A DNA stretch of 45,723 nucleotides. Origin: Frankiales bacterium (GTDB lineage: Bacteria; Actinomycetota; Actinomycetes; Mycobacteriales; SCTD01). Positions 18,503 to 29,558 of the stretch are shown piece by piece; position 1 is the first letter of the stretch, and each line of letters begins with the position of its first letter. The stretch is from assembly GCA_031416735.1 (NCBI GenBank), contig JANOTZ010000167.1, positions 1-45,723 on the forward strand, in the 5' to 3' direction. A program made the translations under genes and the position numbers. The notes under the pieces were generated by a model. It made no database searches. It worked only from the letters and a program-made list of their open reading frames with translations, and had not been told where the DNA came from.

Positions 18503-19471
18503 ATGCGCCCGACGTCCTTGCTCACTGCTGCCCTGGTGGGCGCTGCCCTCGTCGCCCCCACCGCCACCGCCACTGTCACGGCCAGCATCGCTGCCCCGGG
18601 CACGGCCACGGTCACGGCCGCGCCTGACCCGTGCCGTCCCTGGACGGTCAACGTGTTGGCCACCGGACTCGGCAGTCTGGAGAACGTCGAGCCGGACCAC
18701 CGCGGCGGCCTGCTGTTCTCGGCCTCGACCACCGGTGCCGTCCAGCGACTCACCCGCGACGGCAAGGTCACCACGGTGGCGACCGCGAAGAGCCCAGGTG
18801 GCCTGCGGGTCCGGGGCGACGCGCTGTTCTTCACCACCGGAGACAGTGCGCAGTCCGGAGCCCTCGGCACCGCGGACGGCACCATCGAGCGGGTCGACCT
18901 GCGCACCGGCCGCGTCACGACCTGGGCCCGCGGCCTGACGATGCCCAACGGGCTGGCGTTCCTGCCGGACGGCAGCGCCGTCACGAGCCGCGACATCACG
19001 GGGCTGTCCCCGACCGGCATCAGCCGGGTACGCCGGGAAGGCGCCGTACCGCAGGTGCAGTGGTCGGACCAGGCGGACAGCAACGGGCTCGCCGTCGACC
19101 CCACCGGGAAGTGGCTCTATTCCGACGAGACCTTCACCGCCGCCGCGAACGTGTATCGGACGGAGATCGCCCGCCCTGCGCACCGCGAGCTCGTCGCGTC
19201 ACTCGCCCCGTCACCGGCGGGGGTCCCGAAGGGACTGGACGACCTGACCCTGAGCACCTCGAACCTGCTCTACCTGGCGGCCAACGGGTCCGGTGAGGTG
19301 CTGCGACTGGACCCGGTCAGCAAGCGCTCGTGCGTCATTGCCAGCGGGTTGCAGAGCACCAGCGCCGTGAAGCAGGGCCGCAACTCGGCGTTCCCGGCCA
19401 GCCGGCTCTACGTGAGCGGCTTCGATGGACGGCTGCTCGAGCTGGTGCCGCCGGCAGGGGTCCGGCCCTAG
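18503..19471 (+). CDS. secreted beta-propeller protein, SMP-30/gluconolactonase/strictosidine-synthase-like
   Basis: 322-aa ORF with a signal peptide and repeated NGLA(F/V) propeller-blade motifs. The family call is tentative. Confidence 0.55.
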   Translation: MRPTSLLTAALVGAALVAPTATATVTASIAAPGTATVTAAPDPCRPWTVNVLATGLGSLENVEPDHRGGLLFSASTTGAVQRLTRDGKVTTVATAKSPGGLRVRGDALFFTTGDSAQSGALGTADGTIERVDLRTGRVTTWARGLTMPNGLAFLPDGSAVTSRDITGLSPTGISRVRREGAVPQVQWSDQADSNGLAVDPTGKWLYSDETFTAAANVYRTEIARPAHRELVASLAPSPAGVPKGLDDLTLSTSNLLYLAANGSGEVLRLDPVSKRSCVIASGLQSTSAVKQGRNSAFPASRLYVSGFDGRLLELVPPAGVRP

Positions 19472-20274
19472 AACACCAGGTAGCGGGGGGCGGTCATCCG
19501 CATCACCGAGTAGGAGCGGCTGCCTCCGAGGTTGTACTGCTCGATGAGTGCCGAGCCATCGCCGTACACCGCAGCGACGTATCCGACGTGGCCGTAGCCA
19601 CCGGCGGTGAAACGGCCGTTCGCGGTCGACGACCCGTCGGCATAGACCGAGCTGGACTCACCGGCGTTCCAGTGCGCGATGGCGCCGACCCGCGGGGTCT
19701 TGGTCATCGCGACGCCGCGGCGGGCGGCGGTCTCGTCCCAGTTCAGGGCGCTGTCCCAGTGCTGGCTGGCGTTGTCGAGCGCCTTGCCGTGCTGCGCGAG
19801 CCGGAAGGCGGCGAAGCTGACGCACTGGCGCTTGGTGAAGCCCCAGGTGTCCGGGTCGTTGGTGGTGGCGCTGCGCCACGGGTAGTCGTTGGAGGTGGAG
19901 GCCGGGCGGGGCGCGGCAACAGATGCCGGCTTCGGCGCGGGTTTGGCGGCGGGCTTGGCAGCGACCCGAGTCACGGTCGTGCGGGTCGCGACGCGGGTGG
20001 GGGCGACGCGGGTGGGGGCGACGCGGGTGCGGCTGGCCACCGTGCGGGTCGTGGTCGCGGTGACCGGCTTCACGACGGGCTTGACGGCCAGCAGCACGGG
20101 CCGCGTGACCTCGGCGGCGACGGCCGCCTGCGGGGCGGAGAGCTGGGGAGCCATTGCCTGGGACGGGCTCGCGGACGCGGTGAGCACCAGGGTGGCCACG
20201 ACAGGTGCGGTCAGGGTCACGAGGGTCGCGAGGACAACCATCGGGCGGTGACTGGGGCGCAACGCGTTCTCCAA
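19468..20274 (-). CDS. secreted CHAP-domain peptidoglycan hydrolase
   Basis: 268-aa ORF. It has a signal peptide, a repeat-rich linker and a C-terminal CHAP domain (QCVSFAAFRL...GHVGYV). The start is TTG at 20274 or ATG at 20241. Confidence 0.7.
   Translation of the reverse strand: MENALRPSHRPMVVLATLVTLTAPVVATLVLTASASPSQAMAPQLSAPQAAVAAEVTRPVLLAVKPVVKPVTATTTRTVASRTRVAPTRVAPTRVATRTTVTRVAAKPAAKPAPKPASVAAPRPASTSNDYPWRSATTNDPDTWGFTKRQCVSFAAFRLAQHGKALDNASQHWDSALNWDETAARRGVAMTKTPRVGAIAHWNAGESSSVYADGSSTANGRFTAGGYGHVGYVAAVYGDGSALIEQYNLGGSRSYSVMRMTAPRYLVF
19988..20032. repeat. 3 x 15-bp tandem repeat (GCGACGCGGGTGGGG) encoding (PTRVA)3 in the CHAP protein linker
   Basis: Seen directly; the third unit has 1 mismatch. 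Confidence 0.85.
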
Positions 20275-20468
20275 GCAGTGGGGGGCTTGACTGGTAGTTC
20301 GTCCTGACCAGCCGACTGCTTGAGAAAACGACGGACGGTACTAGTTCGTAACGCACATAGACGGCCGTTGACTGTCCGTAACCGGCCTTTCGGACAGATG
20401 CCGCACGTCACCCGGCGTACGTCACGGGGGTGACATCACTTCGGGTCACCCCGGCCCCGCCTGTGGCG

Positions 20469-20681
20469 TCAGGCTTTGCGGCGCAGTCGGCGGGCCAGGC
20501 GGCCGACCGATCCTGGCCGCGCCGCCGACATCAGACACAGCACAGTGAGCAAGGCGAACGGCACCGCGATCGCGACGAGCAGCGCCTGAGCCATAGCGGT
20601 AAGCCCACCGAGGTGGGTGAACATCGGCACCAGGAACATCAGGAAGAACGCCGCCAGCGCCACGTTGACGACGCGCGGCAC
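20469..20681 (-). CDS. small hydrophobic (two-TM) protein downstream of serC
   Basis: C-terminal part of ORF 20469..21209. GTG at 20681 gives VPRVVNVALAAFFLMFLVPMF... (70 aa). The upstream part of that ORF overlaps serC out of frame. Confidence 0.35.
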   Translation of the reverse strand: MPRVVNVALAAFFLMFLVPMFTHLGGLTAMAQALLVAIAVPFALLTVLCLMSAARPGSVGRLARRLRRKA

Positions 20682-20704
20682 CCAGGCCTGGGGGAGCTCG
20701 TCGT

Positions 20705-22929
<2,225 letters not shown>

Positions 22930-23017
22930 GTTCGGTGCTGCTCCATCACTCGTTGGCGGTGTCCCGTTGGGGCCATTCTGCCGTGTCCGCTCCTGCGCCG
23001 TGCGAGAGGCTGGACAG

Positions 23018-23650
23018 ATGGCCCCAGATCTCGCCTCCCTGCGGAGGGACTACGTGCGCGCCGGACTGGCCGAAACCGACCTCGCCGCGACCTGGCACGC
23101 GCACTTCCGCCAGTGGCTCCGCGAGGCCGCCGGGCTGCGCGAGCCGAACGCGATGGTGCTCGCCACCAGCGCCGGGGACGTGCCCAGCACCCGCACCGTG
23201 CTGCTCAAAGCCGTTGATGAACGCGGTTTCGTGTTCTTCACCAACCACACCTCCCGCAAGGGCCGCGAGATGGCCGCCAACCCACGGGCTTCGCTCCTGT
23301 TTCCCTGGATCGACCTGGAGCGCCAGGTGGTGGTCGACGGGTCGGTGGAACCGGTCGCTCGGGAGGAGACGGAGGCCTATTTCCGCACCCGTCCGAGGGC
23401 GGCCCAGATCGGTGCCTGGGCGTCCCACCAGTCCTCGGCAGTCGCCGGCCGGGCCGTGCTCGAGGAGCGCTTCGCGGCACTGGAGCAACGGTGGGCCGAC
23501 CAGGAGGTCCCGGTTCCCGACTTCTGGGGCGGGCTACGCGTGCTGCCCGCGGCCGTGGAGTTCTGGCAGGGCAGGGAGTCGCGCCTGCACGACCGACTGG
23601 TCTACCGGCGTACCGACGCGGGCTGGGTCATCGAGAGACTGGCTCCGTGA
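23018..23650 (+). CDS. pdxH: pyridoxamine 5'-phosphate oxidase
   Basis: Frame of ORF 22853..23650, with ATG at 23018. It has RTVLLK...[10 protein letters not shown]...[13 protein letters not shown]. Confidence 0.9.
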   Translation: MAPDLASLRRDYVRAGLAETDLAATWHAHFRQWLREAAGLREPNAMVLATSAGDVPSTRTVLLKAVDERGFVFFTNHTSRKGREMAANPRASLLFPWIDLERQVVVDGSVEPVAREETEAYFRTRPRAAQIGAWASHQSSAVAGRAVLEERFAALEQRWADQEVPVPDFWGGLRVLPAAVEFWQGRESRLHDRLVYRRTDAGWVIERLAP

Positions 23651-24915
23651 CGGAACAGATCGAGGAGCAGCTCGACGCGCCCCGTCGCCGCATCACCCTC
23701 GACCTCACGCCGGTCCGCACGTCCCGGCCGTTCCGGAACCTGCTGATCGGTGATGCGGTCAGCGTGATCGGCACGATGGTCACCGCGGTCGCCGTACCCC
23801 TGCAGGTCTATGCGCAGACCCGCTCGGCCGCCGCGGTGGGTCTGGTCGGCATGGCCGGTCTCGTCCCCCTCATCGCCTTCGGCCTGTACGGCGGAGCGGT
23901 GGCCGATGCGGTGGACCGTCGCAAGCTCGTGCTGGGGACCACCGCCGCCCAGGCGGTGCTGTCGGCGATCTTGTTCACCCAGGCGGCGGCGGGCGTGGAG
24001 TGGACCTGGCTGCTCTCCGCGATCGTCGCCGTGCAGTCCGGGCTGTTCGCCCTGGACTCACCGGCCCGGCAGGCGTTCGTCCCCCGCCTGCTGCCCCCGC
24101 ACCTGCTCCCGGCCGCGAACGCCCTGCGGCAGGTGGAGTTCAACGTCGGGATGACCGCAGGGCCCCTGATCGCCGGGGTGATGGTCGCGACGTGGGGCTA
24201 CAGCTCGGCCTACGCACTGGATGCGCTGTCGTTCTTCGCCTCGCTCTGGGCCGTCGCCTCCCTCCCGTCGATGGCACCCGAGGGCGGTGGGCGCAAGGCC
24301 GGGCTGGCCAGCGTCGTGGAGGGTCTGCGGTTCCTCGTCACCCGCAAGGTGCTGATGCTGACCTTCGTCGTCGACCTCATCGCGATGGTCTTCGGGATGC
24401 CCCGTGCGCTGTTCCCGTCGCTGTCCGTCGAGGTGTTCGGCGGCGGCGAGGCGGCGGCCGGCGCGATGTATGCCGCCCTCGCCGGTGGCGCCCTGCTCGC
24501 TGCGCTGTTCGGCGGCTGGCTCGGGCACGTGCACAAGCAGGGCGCCGCGGTGCTCGTCGCCATCGTGGCCTGGGGGGCCTGCATCCTCGGCTTCGGCCTG
24601 ACCGGAAATCTCTGGCTCGCCTTGCTGTTTCTTGCCGGCGCCGGGGCCGCCGACATGATCTCGGCGGTGTTCCGGACCGCGATCCTGCAGACCGCCGCAC
24701 CGGACGGGATGCGCGGCCGGCTCGGTGGGGTCTTCATCGTGGTGGTCGCCGGTGGGCCACGGCTCGGGGACGGCCGGTCGGGCGCCTTCGCGTCCTGGTT
24801 CGGGCTGCAGGAAGCCGTCGTCCTCGGCGGCATCCTGGTCATCTGCCTGACCCTGGTCGTCGCCGTCGTCGTCCCCCGCTTCGCCGCCTACGACTCGAGG
24901 CACCCCGAGGTCTGA
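23647..24915 (+). CDS. MFS transporter (EntS/DUF894-like), paralogue-type of 17216..18496
   Basis: Frame of ORF 23491..24915. The GTG at 23647 overlaps the pdxH stop (GTGA). It has VADAVDRRK after TM2. Confidence 0.8.
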   Translation: MTEQIEEQLDAPRRRITLDLTPVRTSRPFRNLLIGDAVSVIGTMVTAVAVPLQVYAQTRSAAAVGLVGMAGLVPLIAFGLYGGAVADAVDRRKLVLGTTAAQAVLSAILFTQAAAGVEWTWLLSAIVAVQSGLFALDSPARQAFVPRLLPPHLLPAANALRQVEFNVGMTAGPLIAGVMVATWGYSSAYALDALSFFASLWAVASLPSMAPEGGGRKAGLASVVEGLRFLVTRKVLMLTFVVDLIAMVFGMPRALFPSLSVEVFGGGEAAAGAMYAALAGGALLAALFGGWLGHVHKQGAAVLVAIVAWGACILGFGLTGNLWLALLFLAGAGAADMISAVFRTAILQTAAPDGMRGRLGGVFIVVVAGGPRLGDGRSGAFASWFGLQEAVVLGGILVICLTLVVAVVVPRFAAYDSRHPEV

Positions 24916-24919
24916 CCGG

Positions 24920-24933
24920 TCAGGTGATGGTGA
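24920..24933. repeat. direct repeat copy 1 of TCAGGTGATGGTGA
   Basis: Seen directly. It lies 4 nt after the MFS stop and is followed by GTACGGCT, the first 8 bp of the IR. Confidence 0.95.
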
Positions 24934-25125
24934 GTACGGCTACCCGCCCGACTCCCCGCGCACCCGCCCGACTCCCCGGCCGATCTTCCCCTCGTGGTGG
25001 CCGACACGCACGGCTGCGCAGCAACAAGAGGTAGATCACCGCGACCCTCCGGCCGATCTGTCGTGGGTCACCCACCCTCCGCTCATGTCGCGAGTTCGAG
25101 ACGCCTCCGGCTTGTTAAGCCGCAC
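24934..25125. mobile_element. 192-bp miniature (deletion-derivative) copy of the IR element
   Basis: It starts with GTACGGCT and ends with AAGCCGCACTC (10/11 match to the IR end). It is flanked by direct-repeat copies 1 and 2. Internally it has a 17-bp direct repeat ACCCGCCCGACTCCCCG x2. Confidence 0.35.
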
Positions 25126-25139
25126 TCAGGTGATGGTGA
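25126..25139. repeat. direct repeat copy 2 of TCAGGTGATGGTGA
   Basis: Seen directly. Confidence 0.95.
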
Positions 25140-25275
25140 GTACGGCTTCTAAGGTTCCTTTGTTGGGCCAACTCTCTGCCTCGCGTGCCATGCCGGTGCT
25201 CACACAGGCACGGGAGCGCCGGGCTACGCGTGCAGGCCGCTGAAGGCTGGGTGTCCGTGCGTCGACTCTTCTCAG

Positions 25276-25325
25276 GACGTGACGTGACGTGACGTGACGT
25301 GACGTGACGTGACGTGACGTGACGT
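25276..25325. repeat. perfect pentanucleotide microsatellite (GACGT)10
   Basis: Counted directly; it is followed by GA. Confidence 0.95.
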
Positions 25326-26379
25326 GAAGGGTCAAGGTCGCGGAGCTCCCCGCCCGGCGCACCGATCAGCGGGGCCGGCCTGTCCGTAGCGCCTTCAACA
25401 ACTACACCTGTGGCCCGTCGCGGTCCGATCTTGGCTGCCGGGCACGCAAGCTCATGAGCGGCGCTCGTCCAGCCGGCCGGACGGCCGCTGGCTTGGGGAC
25501 GTCGTGCACCACTGGCGCTACCGGCGGCTCTCATGGGATCGGCCTGAAACTGAATCACCCCAGCAGCCCAGGAACATCTGGTGGCTCTCGCTGCCGTCGG
25601 GGAAGCGCGGCCTGGTCCAGGTGGTGACGTCGTCGACGACGATGCGCGGCGCGACGTGGGACCTGACCCTGCCTGAGCTGGCCGCGCTGCGGGGAGGGGG
25701 GCTCGCGCGCATGCAGGACACTCCGGCCGTGCCGCGTAGTTCGGGGGCTACGCGGAGTACGACGTGTGCGACGTCCATTTCGGCATGGGGCGTCTCACTG
25801 GCGGGTGTCCGTGGATGCGAAGGTGACGTGCCTCGACGTGGACGTGATCGACCCTGAGGCAGCCGCCCGATGGACGTGGCTCGACGGGGCCGAGGTGTTC
25901 GAGGTGCTGCGGCAGTCGATGCTGACCCGCGGCGCGCGCGAGTCGCTGCGCCTGGGCGACGAGACCTTGGGCCCGCCATGGGTGCCGTATCGGCCATTGT
26001 TCACCCGCCTGCGTGATCGGTGGCCGATGCGCGAGCGCAGCCACGGAGCGCAGGCCGGGTAGGTCCGCAGGCGCTGGGACGGCATCCCGAAGGGCTGCTC
26101 GGCGCGATCGGCGCCGTCGGTGAGCTGGATGGCCCGCTGCGCAGCGAGCACGGGTCGGACCCAACCGGGCACCGGACGCTCGAGTGTGTTCGACGCGATC
26201 CACGACGACCGACGCCGGGTCGCGATACGAGCACAGTTGCCCGCCCACACCTGCACGTCGGGGACGAAGCGGATGTCACGGTCTGGCTGCGGGGCGGTCA
26301 AAATGCCGCATACCTTCGGGGCGTTCAGTGGATTGGCGACAGCGGGTCGAAAGTCACCGGACCCTGCTGTACCGTCGCC

Positions 26380-27189
26380 ATGGTGAGCGTCCTGACGCGC
26401 AACAACGTCGTCATCGCCGGTGTCCCCGACGGACAACCGATGGTGTTCTCGCATGGTTTCGGGTGCGATCAGCACGTGTGGCGGGGTATCGAACCCGCCT
26501 TTCGATCAAAATACCGCACGGTCCTGTTCGATCACGTTGGTGCCGGCGGATCGGACCTGACCGCCTACGACCGTGCCCGCTACGACTCGCTGGATGGGTA
26601 CGCCGACGACGTCGTCGACATCTGTCGGGCTCTGGACCTTCGGGACGCGGTGTTCGTCGGGCATTCGGTCAGCGCGATGATCGGAGTGCTGGCTGCGATC
26701 CGGGCCCCCGAACGCTTCGCTGCGCTCGTCTTGATCGGTCCGTCCCCGCGCTACCTCGACGACGACGTCAATGGCTACGTCGGCGGGTTCGCCAAAGCAG
26801 ACATCGTCGGCTTGTTGGAGGCGCTCGACAGCAACTACCTGGGCTGGTCGAGGGCGATGGCGCAGATGGTCGTTGGCCGCCCCGACCGTCCAGAACTGGT
26901 CGCGGAGCTGGAGCAGAGCTTCTGCCGCACCGACCCGGCCATCGCCGGACACTTCGCCGAGGTGACGTTCCTGTCGGACAATCGACAGGATCTCCTTCAC
27001 GTCTCGGTCCCGACGCTCGTGCTTCAAGCCTCGGAGGACGCCATCGCCGGACCGGCAGTGGGCCAGTACGTGCACGAACTCATCGACGGCAGCGACCTCG
27101 TGATACTGAAGACCACAGGCCATTGCCCGCATCTGAGCGCTCCTGACGAGACGATCGCGGCGATGGTCGACTTCCTCGATCGGACGTGA
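26380..27189 (+). CDS. RsbQ / KAI2 / D14-like alpha/beta hydrolase
   Basis: Frame of ORF 26020..27189, with ATG at 26380, giving 269 aa. Nucleophile elbow is VFVGHSVSAMIGVLAA. Asp candidate is in QASEDAIAG and His candidate in TGHCPHLS. Confidence 0.85.
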   Translation: MVSVLTRNNVVIAGVPDGQPMVFSHGFGCDQHVWRGIEPAFRSKYRTVLFDHVGAGGSDLTAYDRARYDSLDGYADDVVDICRALDLRDAVFVGHSVSAMIGVLAAIRAPERFAALVLIGPSPRYLDDDVNGYVGGFAKADIVGLLEALDSNYLGWSRAMAQMVVGRPDRPELVAELEQSFCRTDPAIAGHFAEVTFLSDNRQDLLHVSVPTLVLQASEDAIAGPAVGQYVHELIDGSDLVILKTTGHCPHLSAPDETIAAMVDFLDRT

Positions 27190-28547
27190 CCCCGACCCCT
27201 GCCCCGGCGCCGGACAGCGCCGAGACCTTCTACGAGCAGGCCCCTTGCGGCTTCTTGACCACGACCCCCGACGGCACCATCGCCAAGGTCAACACGACGT
27301 TTCTCGACTGGACGGGTTACCGGCGCGAGGACATTCTCGGTACGCGCCGGTTCGCCGAACTACTGACAGCCGGGGGGCGGGCGTACCACGAGACGCACTT
27401 CGCTCCGCTGCTGAGCATGCACGGCGCCGTGAAAGGCGTCGTCCTCGATCTCGCGTGCGCGGACGGGCACGTCCTGGCGGTCCTCGTCGACGCGGTCGTC
27501 AGAGTTGGGCCCGACGGCAGCCCTGTGCTGACCCACGTGGTTCTGCTCGACGCTACCCACCGTCGGGCGTACGAACGAGAGCTGCTGGCCGCCCGCAAAC
27601 TCGCCGAGCGATCCGACCGGCGGGTGCGAATTCTGCACCGCGTCGTCGCCGAGACATTGGTCGGGGGCGACCGCGCCGCAGTGGTCGACACCCTCGTCCA
27701 GGTGCTGAGCGAGGTCTTCGACGGAGCCGGCGCGGCGATCTGGCTTTTCGACTCCGACGGGTCCACCCTCTCACTGGCCGGCGCCAACGACCTACCCTCG
27801 ACGCTTACGCCCCAGCTGCTGCCCGCCGACGTGTTGCCTCCCGCCGCCGCTTGCCGGGAGCGCGAGCCAGTGACGGTCGAATCGCCCGAGCAGGCCACCC
27901 TGGAGTTCCCGCTCCTGGCGGGGCCGCTTGCCCATTCAGCGTTCGCGGCCGTTACTGCCGTGCCCATCGTCGTCGGGGAGGTCACGCTCGGTTCCTACGC
28001 CGTGTTTTTTCGTCGTCAGCGCTTCTCCGACGTCGAAGAGCTCGAAATGCACCGAACCCTCGGATGCCACGCCGGGCTAGCGATCGAGCGGGCTGTGCTC
28101 TATCAGGAGCTGCGGCACGTCGCGTCTCACGACGGCTTGACGGATCTTCCCAACCGGGCCCTGTTCGACGATCGGTTGGAACTGGCCCTGGCGCGCTCCG
28201 CCCGGTCCGCCCTGCCGCTGGCGGTCATGGTCGTCGATCTGGACGGCTTCAAGCTGGTCAACGACTCGTTGGGCCACCGCGCGGGGGACCAAGTCCTGAC
28301 GGAAACAGCACAACGGCTGCGCACTGCGGTTCGTCCACACGACTCCGTGGCCCGGATCGGGGGTGACGAGTTCGCCGTGCTGTGCGAAGGCGTCGATCAC
28401 ATCGCAACCGAGCGCATCGCCAATCGGATCCGCGCGGCGTTGGAGCCCGAGATTCCCATCGGCAGCGACCTCGTGACAGCGACCGGGAGTGTCGGAGTTG
28501 TCGTCCACCGCCCAGGCCTCGGCGGGGCCCCGACGACGCCCGCGTAG
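27186..28547 (+). CDS. PAS-GAF-GGDEF diguanylate cyclase, terminated by an in-frame TAG 21 codons before the expected end
   Basis: 453-aa ORF. The GTG overlaps the hydrolase stop (GTGA). The active site RIGGDEF is intact, with I-site RPHD five residues upstream. The conserved tail LLHDADAAMYRAKAAAKKGR is encoded in the same frame after the TAG (28548..28607, TAA at 28608). Confidence 0.8.
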   Translation: MTPTPAPAPDSAETFYEQAPCGFLTTTPDGTIAKVNTTFLDWTGYRREDILGTRRFAELLTAGGRAYHETHFAPLLSMHGAVKGVVLDLACADGHVLAVLVDAVVRVGPDGSPVLTHVVLLDATHRRAYERELLAARKLAERSDRRVRILHRVVAETLVGGDRAAVVDTLVQVLSEVFDGAGAAIWLFDSDGSTLSLAGANDLPSTLTPQLLPADVLPPAAACREREPVTVESPEQATLEFPLLAGPLAHSAFAAVTAVPIVVGEVTLGSYAVFFRRQRFSDVEELEMHRTLGCHAGLAIERAVLYQELRHVASHDGLTDLPNRALFDDRLELALARSARSALPLAVMVVDLDGFKLVNDSLGHRAGDQVLTETAQRLRTAVRPHDSVARIGGDEFAVLCEGVDHIATERIANRIRAALEPEIPIGSDLVTATGSVGVVVHRPGLGGAPTTPA

Positions 28548-28981
28548 TTGCTCCACGACGCCGACGCCGCCATGTACCGAGCCAAGGCGGCCGCGAAGAA
28601 GGGGCGGTAAACGACGATCGAGGGTGCTACCGCAGGCCAGCCCCGTAGCCAAACGAGGGGCTGTGTACGTGTCTCGGACAGGTCGGTCCGCCGGAGAGAT
28701 CCCGGCCGACCAATCACCGCTCCGGACTGCTCAGGGACCCCAACGGTCGCCGCCGTTCACGCGAGCGAGCGATACACCGATCGTGTGAAGCCGAACAACG
28801 ACACCAACCCCACGCTCGTGCACACACTGGCTGCCACCGCGCTTTGGACCGCGAGCAGCATGATCAACGTCCCCACCATCATGGTGCCCGTCAGGCACGG
28901 CCCAGCCGACTTCCACATTCGCGGGAACGGAGCAGCACGTGGCCGGATGCTGCGGACGAAGGACCGACCGCGACCGCCAAC

Positions 28982-29500
28982 CAGCTGGGTCGGGACCGCA
29001 AGACGATCCGGGCCTAGCTCAACGGCGGCCGGGTCGTCGGGCAACGGGTCTGTTCGGTGCCGGTTCTGTTCGAGCCGTTCGCGGCGTACTGCGCAGCGCG
29101 GCTCGCCGAGGACCCACACCTGTGGGCGACCGCGTTGTTCGACGCGGTCGTCGAGCTCGGAATGACGCTGTCCTACCCGTCGTTCACCCGAGGCCTGCGG
29201 ACCCGAGGACTTCGGCCGGCGTGCGAGCCCTGCCGCCCGGCGAAGGGCCGCCCGGTCGCGATCATCGACCACCCTGCGGGGGTCGAGACACAGTGGGACT
29301 GGCTTGAGCTCCCGAACCAGCCGGGCCACTGGGACGACTACCGGCGCAGCAAGGCGTTCCTGCTCGTCGGGGCGCTGTCGCACTTCGGGAAGTGGCGCGG
29401 GGCGTTGTGTGAGTCCGACGACCAGGCGCACCTGATCGGTGCCTTGCACAGGGTCGCGGTCAAGCTCGGTGGCCTCGCCAAGGAGTGCCGCTTCGACCGG
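28982..29500 (+). pseudogene. istA: IS21-family transposase IstA, N-terminal fragment
   Basis: Manual in-frame reading gives QLGRDRKTIRA*LNGGR..., then ORF 29057..29566 (LFEPFAAYCAARLAEDPHLWATALFD...GVETQWDWLELP...CRFDR). There is an in-frame TAG at 29015 where Tyr is expected. The catalytic core and istB are absent, and the 3' side is cut by IR-R. Confidence 0.65.
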
Positions 29501-29558
29501 ATCCCTGTGCTCAGGTTGGGTCGAGATGGCCCAAACTCGGGAACCTTAGAAGCCGTAC

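Larger units (their letters stand above)
25140..29558. mobile_element. 4.4-kb segment bounded by perfect 19-bp terminal inverted repeats GTACGGCTTCTAAGGTTCC, a non-autonomous transposon-like island
   Basis: IR-L is 25140..25158 and IR-R is 29540..29558 (reverse complement). The match continues imperfectly for ~15 bp (TTGGGCCA shared). It is flanked by the 14-bp direct repeat. G+C was 60-65% in three 60-nt samples versus 77% in a pdxH sample. No intact transposase is present. Confidence 0.5.

Noticed and set aside
19468-19471. Convergent genes sharing overlapping stop codons (CTAG), and the many GTGA/ATGA start-stop overlaps along the window.
   Set aside because: These are common features of compact actinobacterial operons. 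They are not unusual in themselves, except for the duplicated junctions reported as findings.
20275-20468. Possible c-di-AMP (ydaO-type) riboswitch in the ~190-nt leader of the CHAP hydrolase gene. Such riboswitches often precede cell-wall hydrolase genes in actinobacteria.
   Set aside because: I read the minus-strand leader and found only generic hairpins (GGGGTGAC-n10-GTCACCCC, more likely the terminator of the serC operon, and CTGTCCG-n12-CGGACAG). I could not find the conserved ydaO core sequences. A covariance-model scan (Rfam RF00379) would settle it.
24911-24924. Shared 12-mer TGACCGGTCAGG at two convergent gene junctions (24913-24924 and 42059-42070), considered as a specific motif or insertion target.
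   Set aside because: It is just TGA + CCGG + TCA(GG) formed by two facing stop codons. Two occurrences of such a junction in a G+C-rich genome are not compelling. It is noted only because one of them is the insertion site.
25085-25125. tRNA-like T-arm sequence (GAGTTCGAGACGCC) inside the miniature element.
   Set aside because: It cannot be folded into a cloverleaf. There is no acceptor or anticodon arm around it.
25276-25325. CRISPR array, or other spacer-containing repeat array.
   Set aside because: The only arrays present are contiguous micro- and minisatellites (5-nt and 15-nt units) and low-complexity coding repeats. None has unique spacers, and there are no cas genes.
28545-29017. Two in-frame TAG codons in adjacent island genes, considered as evidence for amber read-through or recoding.
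   Set aside because: TAG is used as an ordinary terminator by clearly intact genes in the window (binding protein at 12168, beta-propeller protein at 19469). The istA relic is also truncated in other ways. Simple pseudogenisation is the economical reading.
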